Position numbers and translations under genes: made by a program
The notes under the pieces: generated by a model
What the model saw: the letters and a program-made list of their open reading frames with translations, nothing else
Database searches by the model: none
Told to the model about the DNA's origin: nothing
Origin: an uncultured Verrucomicrobiae bacterium
GTDB taxonomy: Bacteria > Verrucomicrobiota > Verrucomicrobiia > Limisphaerales > Palsa-1400
Reading direction: 5' to 3'
Assembly: GCA_963702845.1 (NCBI GenBank)
Contig: OY969763.1
Span: forward strand, 5,632,001 to 5,696,000
Length of the DNA stretch: 64,000 nucleotides
In this document: piece by piece, positions 18,001 to 27,208 of the stretch
Numbering within the stretch: the first letter of the stretch is position 1
How the letters are laid out: every line of letters starts with the position of its first letter

Positions 18001-21000
18001 CAGTGCGACGTTAACGGTTAATGCGCTCGCGACTGCGTCGGCTTTGAATAATTTGACAAACTGCGTTGGGCAAAGCGTTGCCTTTTCGACAGTCGCTTCC
18101 GGCACTGGGCTATTTTCATATGTGTGGAAAAAAGATGGCGTCGTCCAGGGGAGCACGTCGAACACGTTGAGCGTTGCGTCTATTGCAATGGCGGATGCTG
18201 GATCTTACACGGTAGAGATTACCGGCACGTGCAACAGCGTGACGAACAGCGCGACATTGACGGTGAATTCGCCGACAACGGCTTCGCTGTTGACGAGCCT
18301 GGTGCTGTGTCCGGGGCAGAGCGCGAGTTTCACAACGACTCCTTCGGGCAGTGGGCCGTTTACTTATGTGTGGAAGAAAGACGGCATCATCCAAAGCAGC
18401 GCTTCGGATACTTTGACGATCGGGTCGGTCGCGAGCGGTGATGCCGGCACATACACGGTGGAAGTGACCGGCACGTGCAACAGCGTGACCAATACCGCGA
18501 CCTTAACGGTGAACGATCCGACGACGGCAACAGTGTTGAATAGTTTGACGATTTGCCCTGGCCAGAGTGCAGCGTTTGGGACGACGGCTTCTGGCACTGG
18601 ACCGTTCACATATGTTTGGAAAAAGGACGGCGTCGTTCAGGCCAGCACGACTAATTTATTGACGATCGCTTCAGCGACGAGCGCGGATGCGGGCAGTTTT
18701 ACAGTCGAGGTCGCCGGCGCGTGTAACAGTGTGACGAACAGCGCGACTTTGACGGTGAACGCTAGCACGGGCGCGACTGGCCTCGTGGATCTGGTGCTTT
18801 GTTCTGGCCAATCCGCCACGTTCAGCACGACGGCTTCCGGCACGGGTCCGTTTAGTTATGTTTGGAAAAAGGACGGCGTTGTGATGGGCACAACAACGAA
18901 CACGTTGACGATTGCTTCAGTTGCGACGGCTGATGGCGGCATTTACACGGTTGAAGTCAGCGGTGCATGCAACACTGTGACGAACAGCGCAACTTTAACA
19001 GTCAACGAATTGACGACAGCGACGCCGTTGATCGACGTGGTAACGTGCGGACAAAGCGCGACATTTAGCACGGTGGTTTCGGGTGCGGGACCGTTTACTT
19101 ACATTTGGAAAAAGAACGGCGTCGTCCAAAGCAGCGCGACGAATTCGTTGACGGTTCCGTCGGTGACGAGCGCGGACGCGGGCACATACACAGTGGAGGT
19201 CAGCGGCAGTTGCAACAGCGTGACCAATAGCGCGATGTTGACTGTCAACGCGGACACGAGCGCGGCGGCTTTGAATAATCAGGTTGTCTGCCCGGGACAA
19301 AGCGCGACGTTCAGCACGGTGGCATCGGGCAGCGGACCGTTCACTTACGTTTGGAAGAAGGATGGCGCAGTGCAAAGCAGCACCTCTAGTTCGCTGACGA
19401 TTGCGTCTGTCGCGAGCGGCGATGCGGGAACATACACCGTTGAGGTGAACGGCGCGTGCAACAGCGCCACCAACAGCGCGACGCTCGCGGTCAACACGCC
19501 CACGAGCACGAGCGTCTTGAGCAGTTTGGTGGTTTGCCCTGGTCAAAGTGCCACGTTCACGACTGTGCCGTCGGGCACCGGTCCGTTTGTATATGTGTGG
19601 AAGAAGGACGGCGTTATCCAAGCGATTACCATGAATGTTGTGACAATTGCATCTGCCGCAGCTGCGGACGGCGGAACGTATACGGTCGAAGTGTCTGGTG
19701 TTTGCAACTCGGTCACTAACAGCGCCACGTTGACGGTGAGCGAAAACACGGTGGCAACAAGCCTCACGGATATCGTCCTTTGCCCAAGTCAGTCGGCAAC
19801 ATTTACGACGACTGTGTCGGGCACTGGACCGTTTGGATATGTCTGGAAGAAGGATGGTGTGGTGTTGGTTGGCGAATCCACAAACACGATCAGCATCGCC
19901 TCGGTGAGTGCAGCGAATGCGGGAAGTTACACGTTGGAAGTCACTGGGGTTTGCAATGCGGTTACGAACACGGCGACTTTGACAGTGAATGAGAATGTGA
20001 GTGCGACAGCGCTCAGCGATGTTGTGGTTTGTGAAAATCAACCGGCAGCATTTACGACGACGGCATCTGGCACAGGTCCGTTTGCTTATGTGTGGAAGAA
20101 GGACGGCAGCGTTCTGCCGGGTCAAACCGATAGCAGCGTCAGCATTGCATCGACTCAGGTAAGTGACGCGGGAATATACACAGTGGAAGTAACTGGCCTT
20201 TGCACGAGCGTGACGAACATTGCGACTTTGACGGTCAATCGCTTAACCACGACTTCTGATTTGACGAGCCTGGTTGTTTGCCCGGGCCAAAGCGCGACCT
20301 TCACGACCGTTGCTTCCGGCGCTGGTCCGTTCAGCTACGTGTGGAGCAAGGATGGTCAAACGATTGCCACTGAAACGGCCGACCACATCACGCTGGACAA
20401 TGTCGCGGCAGCAAACGCGGGCACATACAGCGTCCACGTCACTGGCATCTGCAACAGCGCTGACAAGAGCGCGACGCTGACCGTTAATGAAAACACAGCA
20501 GCAACGAGTTTGACGGATCTCGTTCTGTGTCCCGGTCAGTCGGCAGCATTTACGACGGCTGTGTCCGGTACTGGACCGTTTGGATACGTGTGGAAGAAGG
20601 ATGGGGTGGTGTTGACTGGTGAGACTACAAACACCATCAGCATCGGATCTGTGACGGCGGGCAATGCGGGAGCTTACACGGTTGAAGTCACTGGCGTCTG
20701 CAAGAGCGTGACAAACACGGCGACTTTGACGGTCAATGAAAACGTGAGCGCGACAGCGCTGAGCGATGTGGTGGTTTGTGAAAACCAATTGGCGGCGTTC
20801 TCGACGACGGCGTCGGGGGCTGGTCCGTTGGCTTACGTGTGGAAGAAGGACGGTAGTGTTCTGTCGGGCCAAACCGACAGCAGCATTAGCATTGCGTCGG
20901 CTCAAGTTGCCAACGCCGGGACTTACACAGTGGAAGTCACTGGTCTTTGCACGAGTGTTACGAACAGTGCGACGTTGACAGTGAATCGTCTGACGGCCAC

Positions 21001-24000
21001 ATCTGATTTGACGAGCATGGTTGTGTGCCCAACCCAGAGCGCCACGTTTACGACGGTTCCTTCCGGTACTGGACCGTTCAGCTATCTGTGGAGCAAAGAT
21101 GGTCAGGTGATCGCAAGTGAAACGACTGATCACATCACGTTGAACAACGTGACTGCTGCAAATGCCGGCACCTATAGCGTTCATGTCACTGGTATCTGCA
21201 ACAGCGTCGACAAGAGCGCGACGTTGATCGTGAATGAAAATACGGCGGCGACTGCTTTGACGGATATCGTGCTCTGCCCTGGTCAAGCGATGACGTTTGC
21301 GACGGTGGTTTCTGGCACTGGTCCGTTTGGTTTCGTGTGGAAGAAGGATGGTGTCGTTCTGGATGGCCAAACGACAAATAGCTTCAACATCGGTCCGGTT
21401 GCTGCGATTGACGCGGGAACTTATACGGTTGAAGTGACGGGCGTTTGCAACAGCGTGACCAATAGTGCGGTTGTCACAATTAATCAGAACGTTAGTTCGA
21501 GCGCCTTGACGGATCTGGTCGTTTGCCAAGGTGCACCGGCGATATTCTCAACAACGCCGGCTGGCACTGGACCATATACATATGTGTGGAAGAAAGACGG
21601 CGCGGTGTTGTCGGGCGAAACGCAAAACAGCCTGACAATTGCGTCGGCGGATCTGGGCAATGCGGGAACATATTCAGTGGAAGTGGCTGGCGTTTGCACT
21701 GCGGTGACGAATAGCGCGACGTTGATCGTCAATACCACGACGACGACTACGGATTTGACGAGTCTGACATTGTGCCCCGGCCAAAACGCGTCGTTTGGCA
21801 CGATTCCTTCGGGGACTGGACCGTTTACATATGTGTGGACCAAGGACGGTCAGGTGATGGCGAGTGAAACAGCGGATCACATCACCGTCAATGGAGTCGC
21901 AGCGGCGAACGCGGGTACTTACAGCGTGCACGTGACCGGCACATGCAACGGCGTGGATAAGAGTGCGACATTGACAGTGAATGAAAACACGGCGGCAACA
22001 AGTTTGACTGATCTCGTTTTGTGTCCCGGCCAATCGGCAGCATTTACGACGGCAGTCTCTGGCACCGGACCGTTTGGATATGTGTGGAAGAAGGATGGTG
22101 GGGTGTTGACTGGTGAGACTACGAACACGATCAGCATTGCAACGGTCACTGCGGTCAATGCTGGGACTTACACGGTCGAAGTCACTGGTGTTTGCAATAG
22201 CGTGACGAATACGGCGACCTTGACGGTGAACAAAAATGTGAGCGCGACGGCGCTCAGCGATGTGGTGGTTTGCGAAAATCAATCGGCGGTATTTACGACG
22301 ACCGCGTCGGGCACTGGGCCGTTGGCTTACGTGTGGAAGAAGGACGGTAGTGTTTTGCCGAGTCAAACCGACAGCAGCGTCAGCATTGCATCGGCTCAGG
22401 TAAGTGACGCGGGAATATACACAGTGGAAGTTACTGGTGTTTGCACGAGCGTCACGAACAGCGCGACTTTGACGGTCAATCGCTTAACCACGACTTCTGA
22501 TTTGACGAGCCTGGTTGTTTGTCCGAGCCAAAGTGCGACCTTCACGACCGTTCCTTCTGGTACCGGACCGTTCAGCTACGTGTGGAGCAAGGATGGTCAA
22601 ACGATCGCCTCTGAAACGGCTGACCACATCACGCTGAACAATGTGACTGCGGCCAATGCGGGCACCTACAGCGTGCATGTGACCGGGACATGCAACAGCG
22701 TGGATAAGAGCGCGACGTTGACCGTAAATGAAAATACGACGACGACGGCACTGACGAGTTTGGTGTTGTGCCCTGGTCAAACGGCGACGTTTACGACCAT
22801 AGCTTCTGGCACTGGCCCCTTGAGCTACGTGTGGAAGAAGGATGGCGTGGTGCAAGGCAGCGCGTCCGACACATTGACGATTGGTGCGGTCGCGAGTGGC
22901 GATGCGGGAACTTATAGTGTGGAAGTGACCGGAACGTGCACGAGCGTGACGAACACGGCGACGTTGACGGTGAATGAAAATGCTACTGCGACAGCACTGA
23001 CGAGTTTGGTGCTCTGCCCTGGGCAGCCTGCAACCTTCACGACCGTTGCTTCCGGCACTGGTCCATTGACGTATGTATGGAAGAAGGACGGTGTTGTGCA
23101 AGGCAGCGCAACCAACGCGCTGACGATTGCGGCTGTCACGAGCGCTGACGCGGGCACTTACACAATTGAAGTCATCGGAACATGCACGAGCGTGACAAAT
23201 TCTGCGACGTTGACCGTGAACGAAAACACGGCGGCGACGAGTTTGACTGATCTCATTTTGTGCCCTGGCCAATCCGCAGCATTTGCGACGACTGTGTCCG
23301 GCACTGGACCGTTTGGGTTCGTGTGGAAGAAGGATGACGTGGTCTTGCTTGGCGAGACCACTAACACCATCAGCATCGCAACGGTCACTGCGGCGAATGC
23401 CGGCATCTACACGGTTGAAGTCAGCGGTGTGTGCAACGCGGTGACGAACACGGCGACTTTGACGGTGAACGAGAATGTGAGTGCGACAGCGCTAAGTGAC
23501 GTTGTGGTTTGCGAAAATCAATCGGCGGCGTTCTCGACGACGGCGTCGGGCACGGGTCCTTTGACTTACGTGTGGAAGAAGGACGGCAGCGTTCTGCCAG
23601 GTCAAACTGATAGCAGCATCAGCATCGCATCGGCGCAGGTAAGTGATGCGGGAATGTACACAGTGGAAGTCACGGGTCTTTGCACGAGTGCGACGAACAG
23701 CGCCACGTTGACTGTTAATCGTCTGACGACGACATCTGATTTGACGAGCCTTGTCGTCTGCCCAACTCAGAGCGCCACGTTTACAACGGTTCCTTCAGGC
23801 GCCGGACCGTTCAGCTTTGTCTGGAGCAAAGATGGTCAGGTAATCGCAACCGAAACCAGTGCTCACATCACGTTGAACAACGTCACTGCTGCCGACGCAG
23901 GCACATACAGCGTCCATGTCACCGGCATTTGCAACAGTGCTGACAAGAGCGCCACGCTGACCGTTAATGAAAACACGGCGGCAACAAGTTTAACTGATCT

Positions 24001-27000
24001 CGTTTTGTGCCCCGGCCAATTGGCCGTATTTACGACGACGGTGTCTGGCACCGGACCGTTTGGGTTTGTGTGGAAGAAAGATGGCGTGGTGTTGCCGGGC
24101 GAAACCACCAACACAATCAACATCGCCTCGGTGACAGCGACGAATGCGGGGAGTTACACGGTGGAAGTCAATGGCGTTTGCAACAGCGTTACGAACACGG
24201 CCACTTTAACGGTGAACGCAAACGTGAGTGCCACAGCGTTAACGGATGTTGTGGTTTGTGAAAATCAACCCGCAACCTTCTCGACGACGGCATCCGGCAC
24301 CGGGCCGTTGGCTTACGTGTGGAAAAAGGACGGAACTGTTCTGCCAAGTCAAACCGACAGCAGCATCAGCATTGCATCGGCTCAGGTAAGTGACGCGGGA
24401 ATGTACACAGTGGAAGTCACTGGTCTTTGCACCAGCATGACGAACAGCGCCACGTTGACCGTTAATCGCCTCACGACCACATCTGATTTGACGAGCCTTG
24501 TCGTCTGCCCAACTCAGAGCGCCACGTTTACAACGGTTCCTTCTGGTAGCGGACCGTTTAGCTTCGTCTGGAGCAAGGATGGCCAGGTGATCGCAACCGA
24601 AACCACTGACCATATCACGTTGAATAATGTGATTGCTGCAAATGCGGGCACCTACAGCGTCCATGTCACTGGAACCTGCAACAGCGCTGACAAGAGCGCC
24701 ACCTTGACGGTGAATGAAAATACGGCGGCGACTGCTTTGACGGATATCGTGCTCTGCCCGGGTCAGCCGGCCACGTTCTTAACCATTCCTAGTGGCACTG
24801 GTCCGTTCGCCTACGTGTGGAAGAAAAATGGAATTGCGCAAAACAGCACGTCTAATTCATTGATTGTTCTGTCGATCACCAGTGGCGACGCGGGCACGTA
24901 TACTGTTGAAGTTTCCGGCACGTGCACCAGTGTGACAAATTCTGCGACGCTGACCGTGAACACGAACACATCGGCGACGGCGTTGGTGGATATCGTCCGG
25001 TGCCCCGGCAGTTCCGCTGTATTTAGCACGGTTGCGAGCGGCACTGGGCCGTTTACATATTTGTGGCGCAAGAATGGCACCGTGGTGAATGGCCAATCCG
25101 GCAGTTCGCTCACGATCGCTGCTGCCACGTCAACTGACGCTGCCGCGTATAGTGTTGAAGTCAGTGGCGTTTGCCATAGCGTCACAAACACCGCATCGCT
25201 TGTTGTGAATACGAACGTCAGTGCCACTCCGCTGACCGGCATCAACGCCTGCCCCGGCACGACCGCTACTTTCAGCACTGTCGCTACCGGCACCGGTCCC
25301 ATTACTTACGTTTGGAAAAAGAACGGCCAGATTCTCAACGCCCAAACAAATCCGTCGCTGTCGCTGACACTAGTTAGCGCGAGCGATTCGGGCACGTATT
25401 CGGTTGAGGTTTCCGGAACGTGCAACAGTGTCACAAACAGTGCGATGCTCAGTGTGGACACCCTGGTGGCGACGCCATTGATCAATACAACTACTTGCCA
25501 GAATCAACCGGTGACGTTCTCAACAGTCGCCAATGGCACCGGACCGTTCAGCTACGTGTGGAATAAAAATGGCGCAATCATCGCGGCCGCGACCATCAGT
25601 TCCTACACCATTCCGAGCGCGCAAACATCTGACGCTGGCACTTATAGCGTTGTGGTCAGTTCGAGTTGTTCGTCGATTACGAATACGGCAACGCTATCGG
25701 TGGGGCAATCGTTGACGGCGAGCGCGCTGGTCCCAGTGACCCGTTGCCCTGGGCAATCGGCCACGTTCACCACTGCTGTCAGCGGTGGCGGTCCGTTTGT
25801 ATTCGTGTGGAAACAGAACGGCCAGATTCTCGCAGGCCAAACCACTAACTCACTCACCTTCAGTTCGCTTGCGAACGGCAACAGCGGAACGTATTCCATC
25901 GAAGTCACGGGTACCTGCAATAGCGTGACCAACAGTGCAATCTTGACGGTGAAGACGAACGCCAGTGCCACGCCGGTTGGTGATTACACAGTGTGCTCGG
26001 GCCAAAGCGTTACATTCACCACGACTGCTTCCGGCACGGCGCCGTTCGCCTATCGTTGGCGCAGAAACGGCAGCGTTATATCCGGGGCAACAGCCAGTGT
26101 GCTGACGATTGCGTCGGCCACTACGACCAATACTGGAACCTATAGCGTCGAAGTGACCGGTACATGCAATACTGCAACCAACTTCGGTTCGTTGACAGTG
26201 GCCACGCAAACGACCATCACAGCGCTCGCCGATCAGAATATTTGCTCCGGCGAAAACGTGATTGTATTCAGCACGACTCCTTCGGGCGGCGCGCCGTTCG
26301 CTTTCACGTGGAAGACTAACGGAACTGTGATTAGCGGTCAGACAACTAACGTGCTGACGCTGACCAACGTGCCTCCTTCGACCAATGCTTACATCGTGTC
26401 TGTTGACGTGACGGGTGGTTGCGGCAGCGCGTCGAGCACAGCGAACCTGATGGTTTACGGAGTTACCAATGTCCCTGGTGCGATCACGTTCGGCTCCGGC
26501 CAGGATATCAAAATCAACGACAACCAACCGGCGACGCCATACCCGGCCAACATTTTCGTGCATTGTATTCCCGGTATTCCGAAGAAAGTGACGGTCACGC
26601 TGCGCAACGTCACACATTCTTATCCAAGAGACATTAATGCGATGTTGGTTAGTCCAAGCGGGCAAGCTGTGCCGCTGATGATTGAATGCGGCGGCGCCGG
26701 TCCGATATCATTTGTGACGTTAACCTTTGATGATGCAGCCGCGTCGTCACTGCCGCAAAACGACCAAATCATCAGCGGCACCTACAAGCCGACGTCGTAT
26801 CTGTCGAATCCGGAGTTCCCGGTGCCTGCGCCGCAGCCGAATGCAGTTGGTTTAAGCTCTCTCGCGGGCCGAGATCCGACCGGCACGTGGTCGCTCTACG
26901 TGCTCGACGACGATATTATTGACGACGGCTTCATGAAAGGCGGTTGGGAACTAACGTTATTCTACGGTGACGACGTCGCGCCGAAGTTCGTCAACTGGGG

Positions 27001-27196
27001 CTGCCTCGACGACGGAACGTTCCAAACCACGTTGATTGGCACCGCTGGATTGACACACGTCGTGCAGTCCTCGACCGACCTGGTGAACTGGACTTCAGTC
27101 GCGACGAACACGTTGCCAGAGGGAAGTTTCCTGTTCACAACGCCTGTGCCGACGACGGGAGTGAAACAATTCTATCGCGCCATCCGGACGCCGTAG
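15068..27196 (+). CDS. giant secreted surface protein/adhesin: DUF11-like domain, ~42 tandem Cys-containing Ig-like domains, proprotein-convertase P-like domain, short C-terminal 'FYR' domain
   Basis: Signal peptide ending VVHA; PDLSIVKTG...WDLG (DUF11-like); 42 Y/FxWxKxG...DAGxYxVxV units of ~83 aa counted by eye; HSYPRDI...GTWSLYVLDD; terminal QSSTDLVNW...QFYR. Confidence 0.92.
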   Translation: MENQMMVIGETNVDINRNVTVQKTGCLTFAERVRGKFATLLLVVVAVFSSAQVVHAAVTYSLDGQVNGSSTWGNKLSGYKELDCMPCRVDMIGGPGTNLVITINFPRDNGTTPCIQDLYSWSYSSNVVVVSPPALTVSTGSIWTYSLTVTVTNGAEADVYFCARLAAGAHGIPGTSEKITGTGGSVQIVKPGAGSGTPDLSIVKTGPSLINAGSFVTYTLTWSNTTASTAGGVQITDFLPTNAVFVSCSGGCTGNTNNSTIVWDLGLLAKGASGIVSYTMFVSTNTLNGSSVVNTATILTADNDSNSANNTSTVTSTVTSGCVAASIGAQPVSIVVCPGTAATVSVGANGTTPYAYQWQKNGTNISGATASAYTIASASAADVASYSVVVTNGCGSVTSSAATVTLYTATTASALTNQIACPSNSVAFATTASGTGPFTYQWQKNGSNLTTQTNSSIALTNVSAADSATYSVLVTGNCNSVTNSATLTVNTLASSAGLTSITNNCSGTTAAFTEVVSGTGPFTYVWKKNGAVVSGQTSSSFVIPATATTDSGTYAVEVTGSCNSITNSATLVVSTGTFGTALTNLVLCPGNSASFSTVASGAAPFSYQWRKNGANISGQTTSAYNIGSVSITDAGTYSVEITGNCNKITNSATLAVNTLLSGGSFGGQTVCVGQSATFTTVPAGSAPFTYVWKKDGVVQGITSNLLTVVSATTGDAGTYTVEINGPCNSITNSGTLTVNSATTASALISLTNCPGQSATFSTVASGTSPFTYVWKKDGVVQSSTSSSLTVASVSGGDAGTYTVVVMGACNSVTNSAMLAVNTATAATALNDLTNCVGQSVAFTTAASGTGPFTYVWKKDGIVQGSTSNTLSVASIATGDAGSYTVEITGTCNSVTNSATLMVNTLTTATALTPIITCEGQSATFSTTGAGAGPLTYVWKKNGVNLGNSSSSLTIASTAIADSGTYTVEVTGVCNSVTNSATLTVNALATASALNNLTNCVGQSVAFSTVASGTGLFSYVWKKDGVVQGSTSNTLSVASIAMADAGSYTVEITGTCNSVTNSATLTVNSPTTASLLTSLVLCPGQSASFTTTPSGSGPFTYVWKKDGIIQSSASDTLTIGSVASGDAGTYTVEVTGTCNSVTNTATLTVNDPTTATVLNSLTICPGQSAAFGTTASGTGPFTYVWKKDGVVQASTTNLLTIASATSADAGSFTVEVAGACNSVTNSATLTVNASTGATGLVDLVLCSGQSATFSTTASGTGPFSYVWKKDGVVMGTTTNTLTIASVATADGGIYTVEVSGACNTVTNSATLTVNELTTATPLIDVVTCGQSATFSTVVSGAGPFTYIWKKNGVVQSSATNSLTVPSVTSADAGTYTVEVSGSCNSVTNSAMLTVNADTSAAALNNQVVCPGQSATFSTVASGSGPFTYVWKKDGAVQSSTSSSLTIASVASGDAGTYTVEVNGACNSATNSATLAVNTPTSTSVLSSLVVCPGQSATFTTVPSGTGPFVYVWKKDGVIQAITMNVVTIASAAAADGGTYTVEVSGVCNSVTNSATLTVSENTVATSLTDIVLCPSQSATFTTTVSGTGPFGYVWKKDGVVLVGESTNTISIASVSAANAGSYTLEVTGVCNAVTNTATLTVNENVSATALSDVVVCENQPAAFTTTASGTGPFAYVWKKDGSVLPGQTDSSVSIASTQVSDAGIYTVEVTGLCTSVTNIATLTVNRLTTTSDLTSLVVCPGQSATFTTVASGAGPFSYVWSKDGQTIATETADHITLDNVAAANAGTYSVHVTGICNSADKSATLTVNENTAATSLTDLVLCPGQSAAFTTAVSGTGPFGYVWKKDGVVLTGETTNTISIGSVTAGNAGAYTVEVTGVCKSVTNTATLTVNENVSATALSDVVVCENQLAAFSTTASGAGPLAYVWKKDGSVLSGQTDSSISIASAQVANAGTYTVEVTGLCTSVTNSATLTVNRLTATSDLTSMVVCPTQSATFTTVPSGTGPFSYLWSKDGQVIASETTDHITLNNVTAANAGTYSVHVTGICNSVDKSATLIVNENTAATALTDIVLCPGQAMTFATVVSGTGPFGFVWKKDGVVLDGQTTNSFNIGPVAAIDAGTYTVEVTGVCNSVTNSAVVTINQNVSSSALTDLVVCQGAPAIFSTTPAGTGPYTYVWKKDGAVLSGETQNSLTIASADLGNAGTYSVEVAGVCTAVTNSATLIVNTTTTTTDLTSLTLCPGQNASFGTIPSGTGPFTYVWTKDGQVMASETADHITVNGVAAANAGTYSVHVTGTCNGVDKSATLTVNENTAATSLTDLVLCPGQSAAFTTAVSGTGPFGYVWKKDGGVLTGETTNTISIATVTAVNAGTYTVEVTGVCNSVTNTATLTVNKNVSATALSDVVVCENQSAVFTTTASGTGPLAYVWKKDGSVLPSQTDSSVSIASAQVSDAGIYTVEVTGVCTSVTNSATLTVNRLTTTSDLTSLVVCPSQSATFTTVPSGTGPFSYVWSKDGQTIASETADHITLNNVTAANAGTYSVHVTGTCNSVDKSATLTVNENTTTTALTSLVLCPGQTATFTTIASGTGPLSYVWKKDGVVQGSASDTLTIGAVASGDAGTYSVEVTGTCTSVTNTATLTVNENATATALTSLVLCPGQPATFTTVASGTGPLTYVWKKDGVVQGSATNALTIAAVTSADAGTYTIEVIGTCTSVTNSATLTVNENTAATSLTDLILCPGQSAAFATTVSGTGPFGFVWKKDDVVLLGETTNTISIATVTAANAGIYTVEVSGVCNAVTNTATLTVNENVSATALSDVVVCENQSAAFSTTASGTGPLTYVWKKDGSVLPGQTDSSISIASAQVSDAGMYTVEVTGLCTSATNSATLTVNRLTTTSDLTSLVVCPTQSATFTTVPSGAGPFSFVWSKDGQVIATETSAHITLNNVTAADAGTYSVHVTGICNSADKSATLTVNENTAATSLTDLVLCPGQLAVFTTTVSGTGPFGFVWKKDGVVLPGETTNTINIASVTATNAGSYTVEVNGVCNSVTNTATLTVNANVSATALTDVVVCENQPATFSTTASGTGPLAYVWKKDGTVLPSQTDSSISIASAQVSDAGMYTVEVTGLCTSMTNSATLTVNRLTTTSDLTSLVVCPTQSATFTTVPSGSGPFSFVWSKDGQVIATETTDHITLNNVIAANAGTYSVHVTGTCNSADKSATLTVNENTAATALTDIVLCPGQPATFLTIPSGTGPFAYVWKKNGIAQNSTSNSLIVLSITSGDAGTYTVEVSGTCTSVTNSATLTVNTNTSATALVDIVRCPGSSAVFSTVASGTGPFTYLWRKNGTVVNGQSGSSLTIAAATSTDAAAYSVEVSGVCHSVTNTASLVVNTNVSATPLTGINACPGTTATFSTVATGTGPITYVWKKNGQILNAQTNPSLSLTLVSASDSGTYSVEVSGTCNSVTNSAMLSVDTLVATPLINTTTCQNQPVTFSTVANGTGPFSYVWNKNGAIIAAATISSYTIPSAQTSDAGTYSVVVSSSCSSITNTATLSVGQSLTASALVPVTRCPGQSATFTTAVSGGGPFVFVWKQNGQILAGQTTNSLTFSSLANGNSGTYSIEVTGTCNSVTNSAILTVKTNASATPVGDYTVCSGQSVTFTTTASGTAPFAYRWRRNGSVISGATASVLTIASATTTNTGTYSVEVTGTCNTATNFGSLTVATQTTITALADQNICSGENVIVFSTTPSGGAPFAFTWKTNGTVISGQTTNVLTLTNVPPSTNAYIVSVDVTGGCGSASSTANLMVYGVTNVPGAITFGSGQDIKINDNQPATPYPANIFVHCIPGIPKKVTVTLRNVTHSYPRDINAMLVSPSGQAVPLMIECGGAGPISFVTLTFDDAAASSLPQNDQIISGTYKPTSYLSNPEFPVPAPQPNAVGLSSLAGRDPTGTWSLYVLDDDIIDDGFMKGGWELTLFYGDDVAPKFVNWGCLDDGTFQTTLIGTAGLTHVVQSSTDLVNWTSVATNTLPEGSFLFTTPVPTTGVKQFYRAIRTP

Positions 27197-27208
27197 TCCG
27201 GAGGCGCG

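Noticed and set aside
16030..26460. Regularly spaced near-identical motifs (e.g. TACGTGTGGAAGAAGGA) as a possible CRISPR array
   Set aside because: The period is ~250 bp, the motifs are in frame within a protein repeat, the 'spacers' are homologous to each other, and there are no cas genes.
18995..26665. Several long - strand ORFs (376, 428, 262, 271 aa)
   Set aside because: Repetitive antisense shadows of the Ig-repeat gene.
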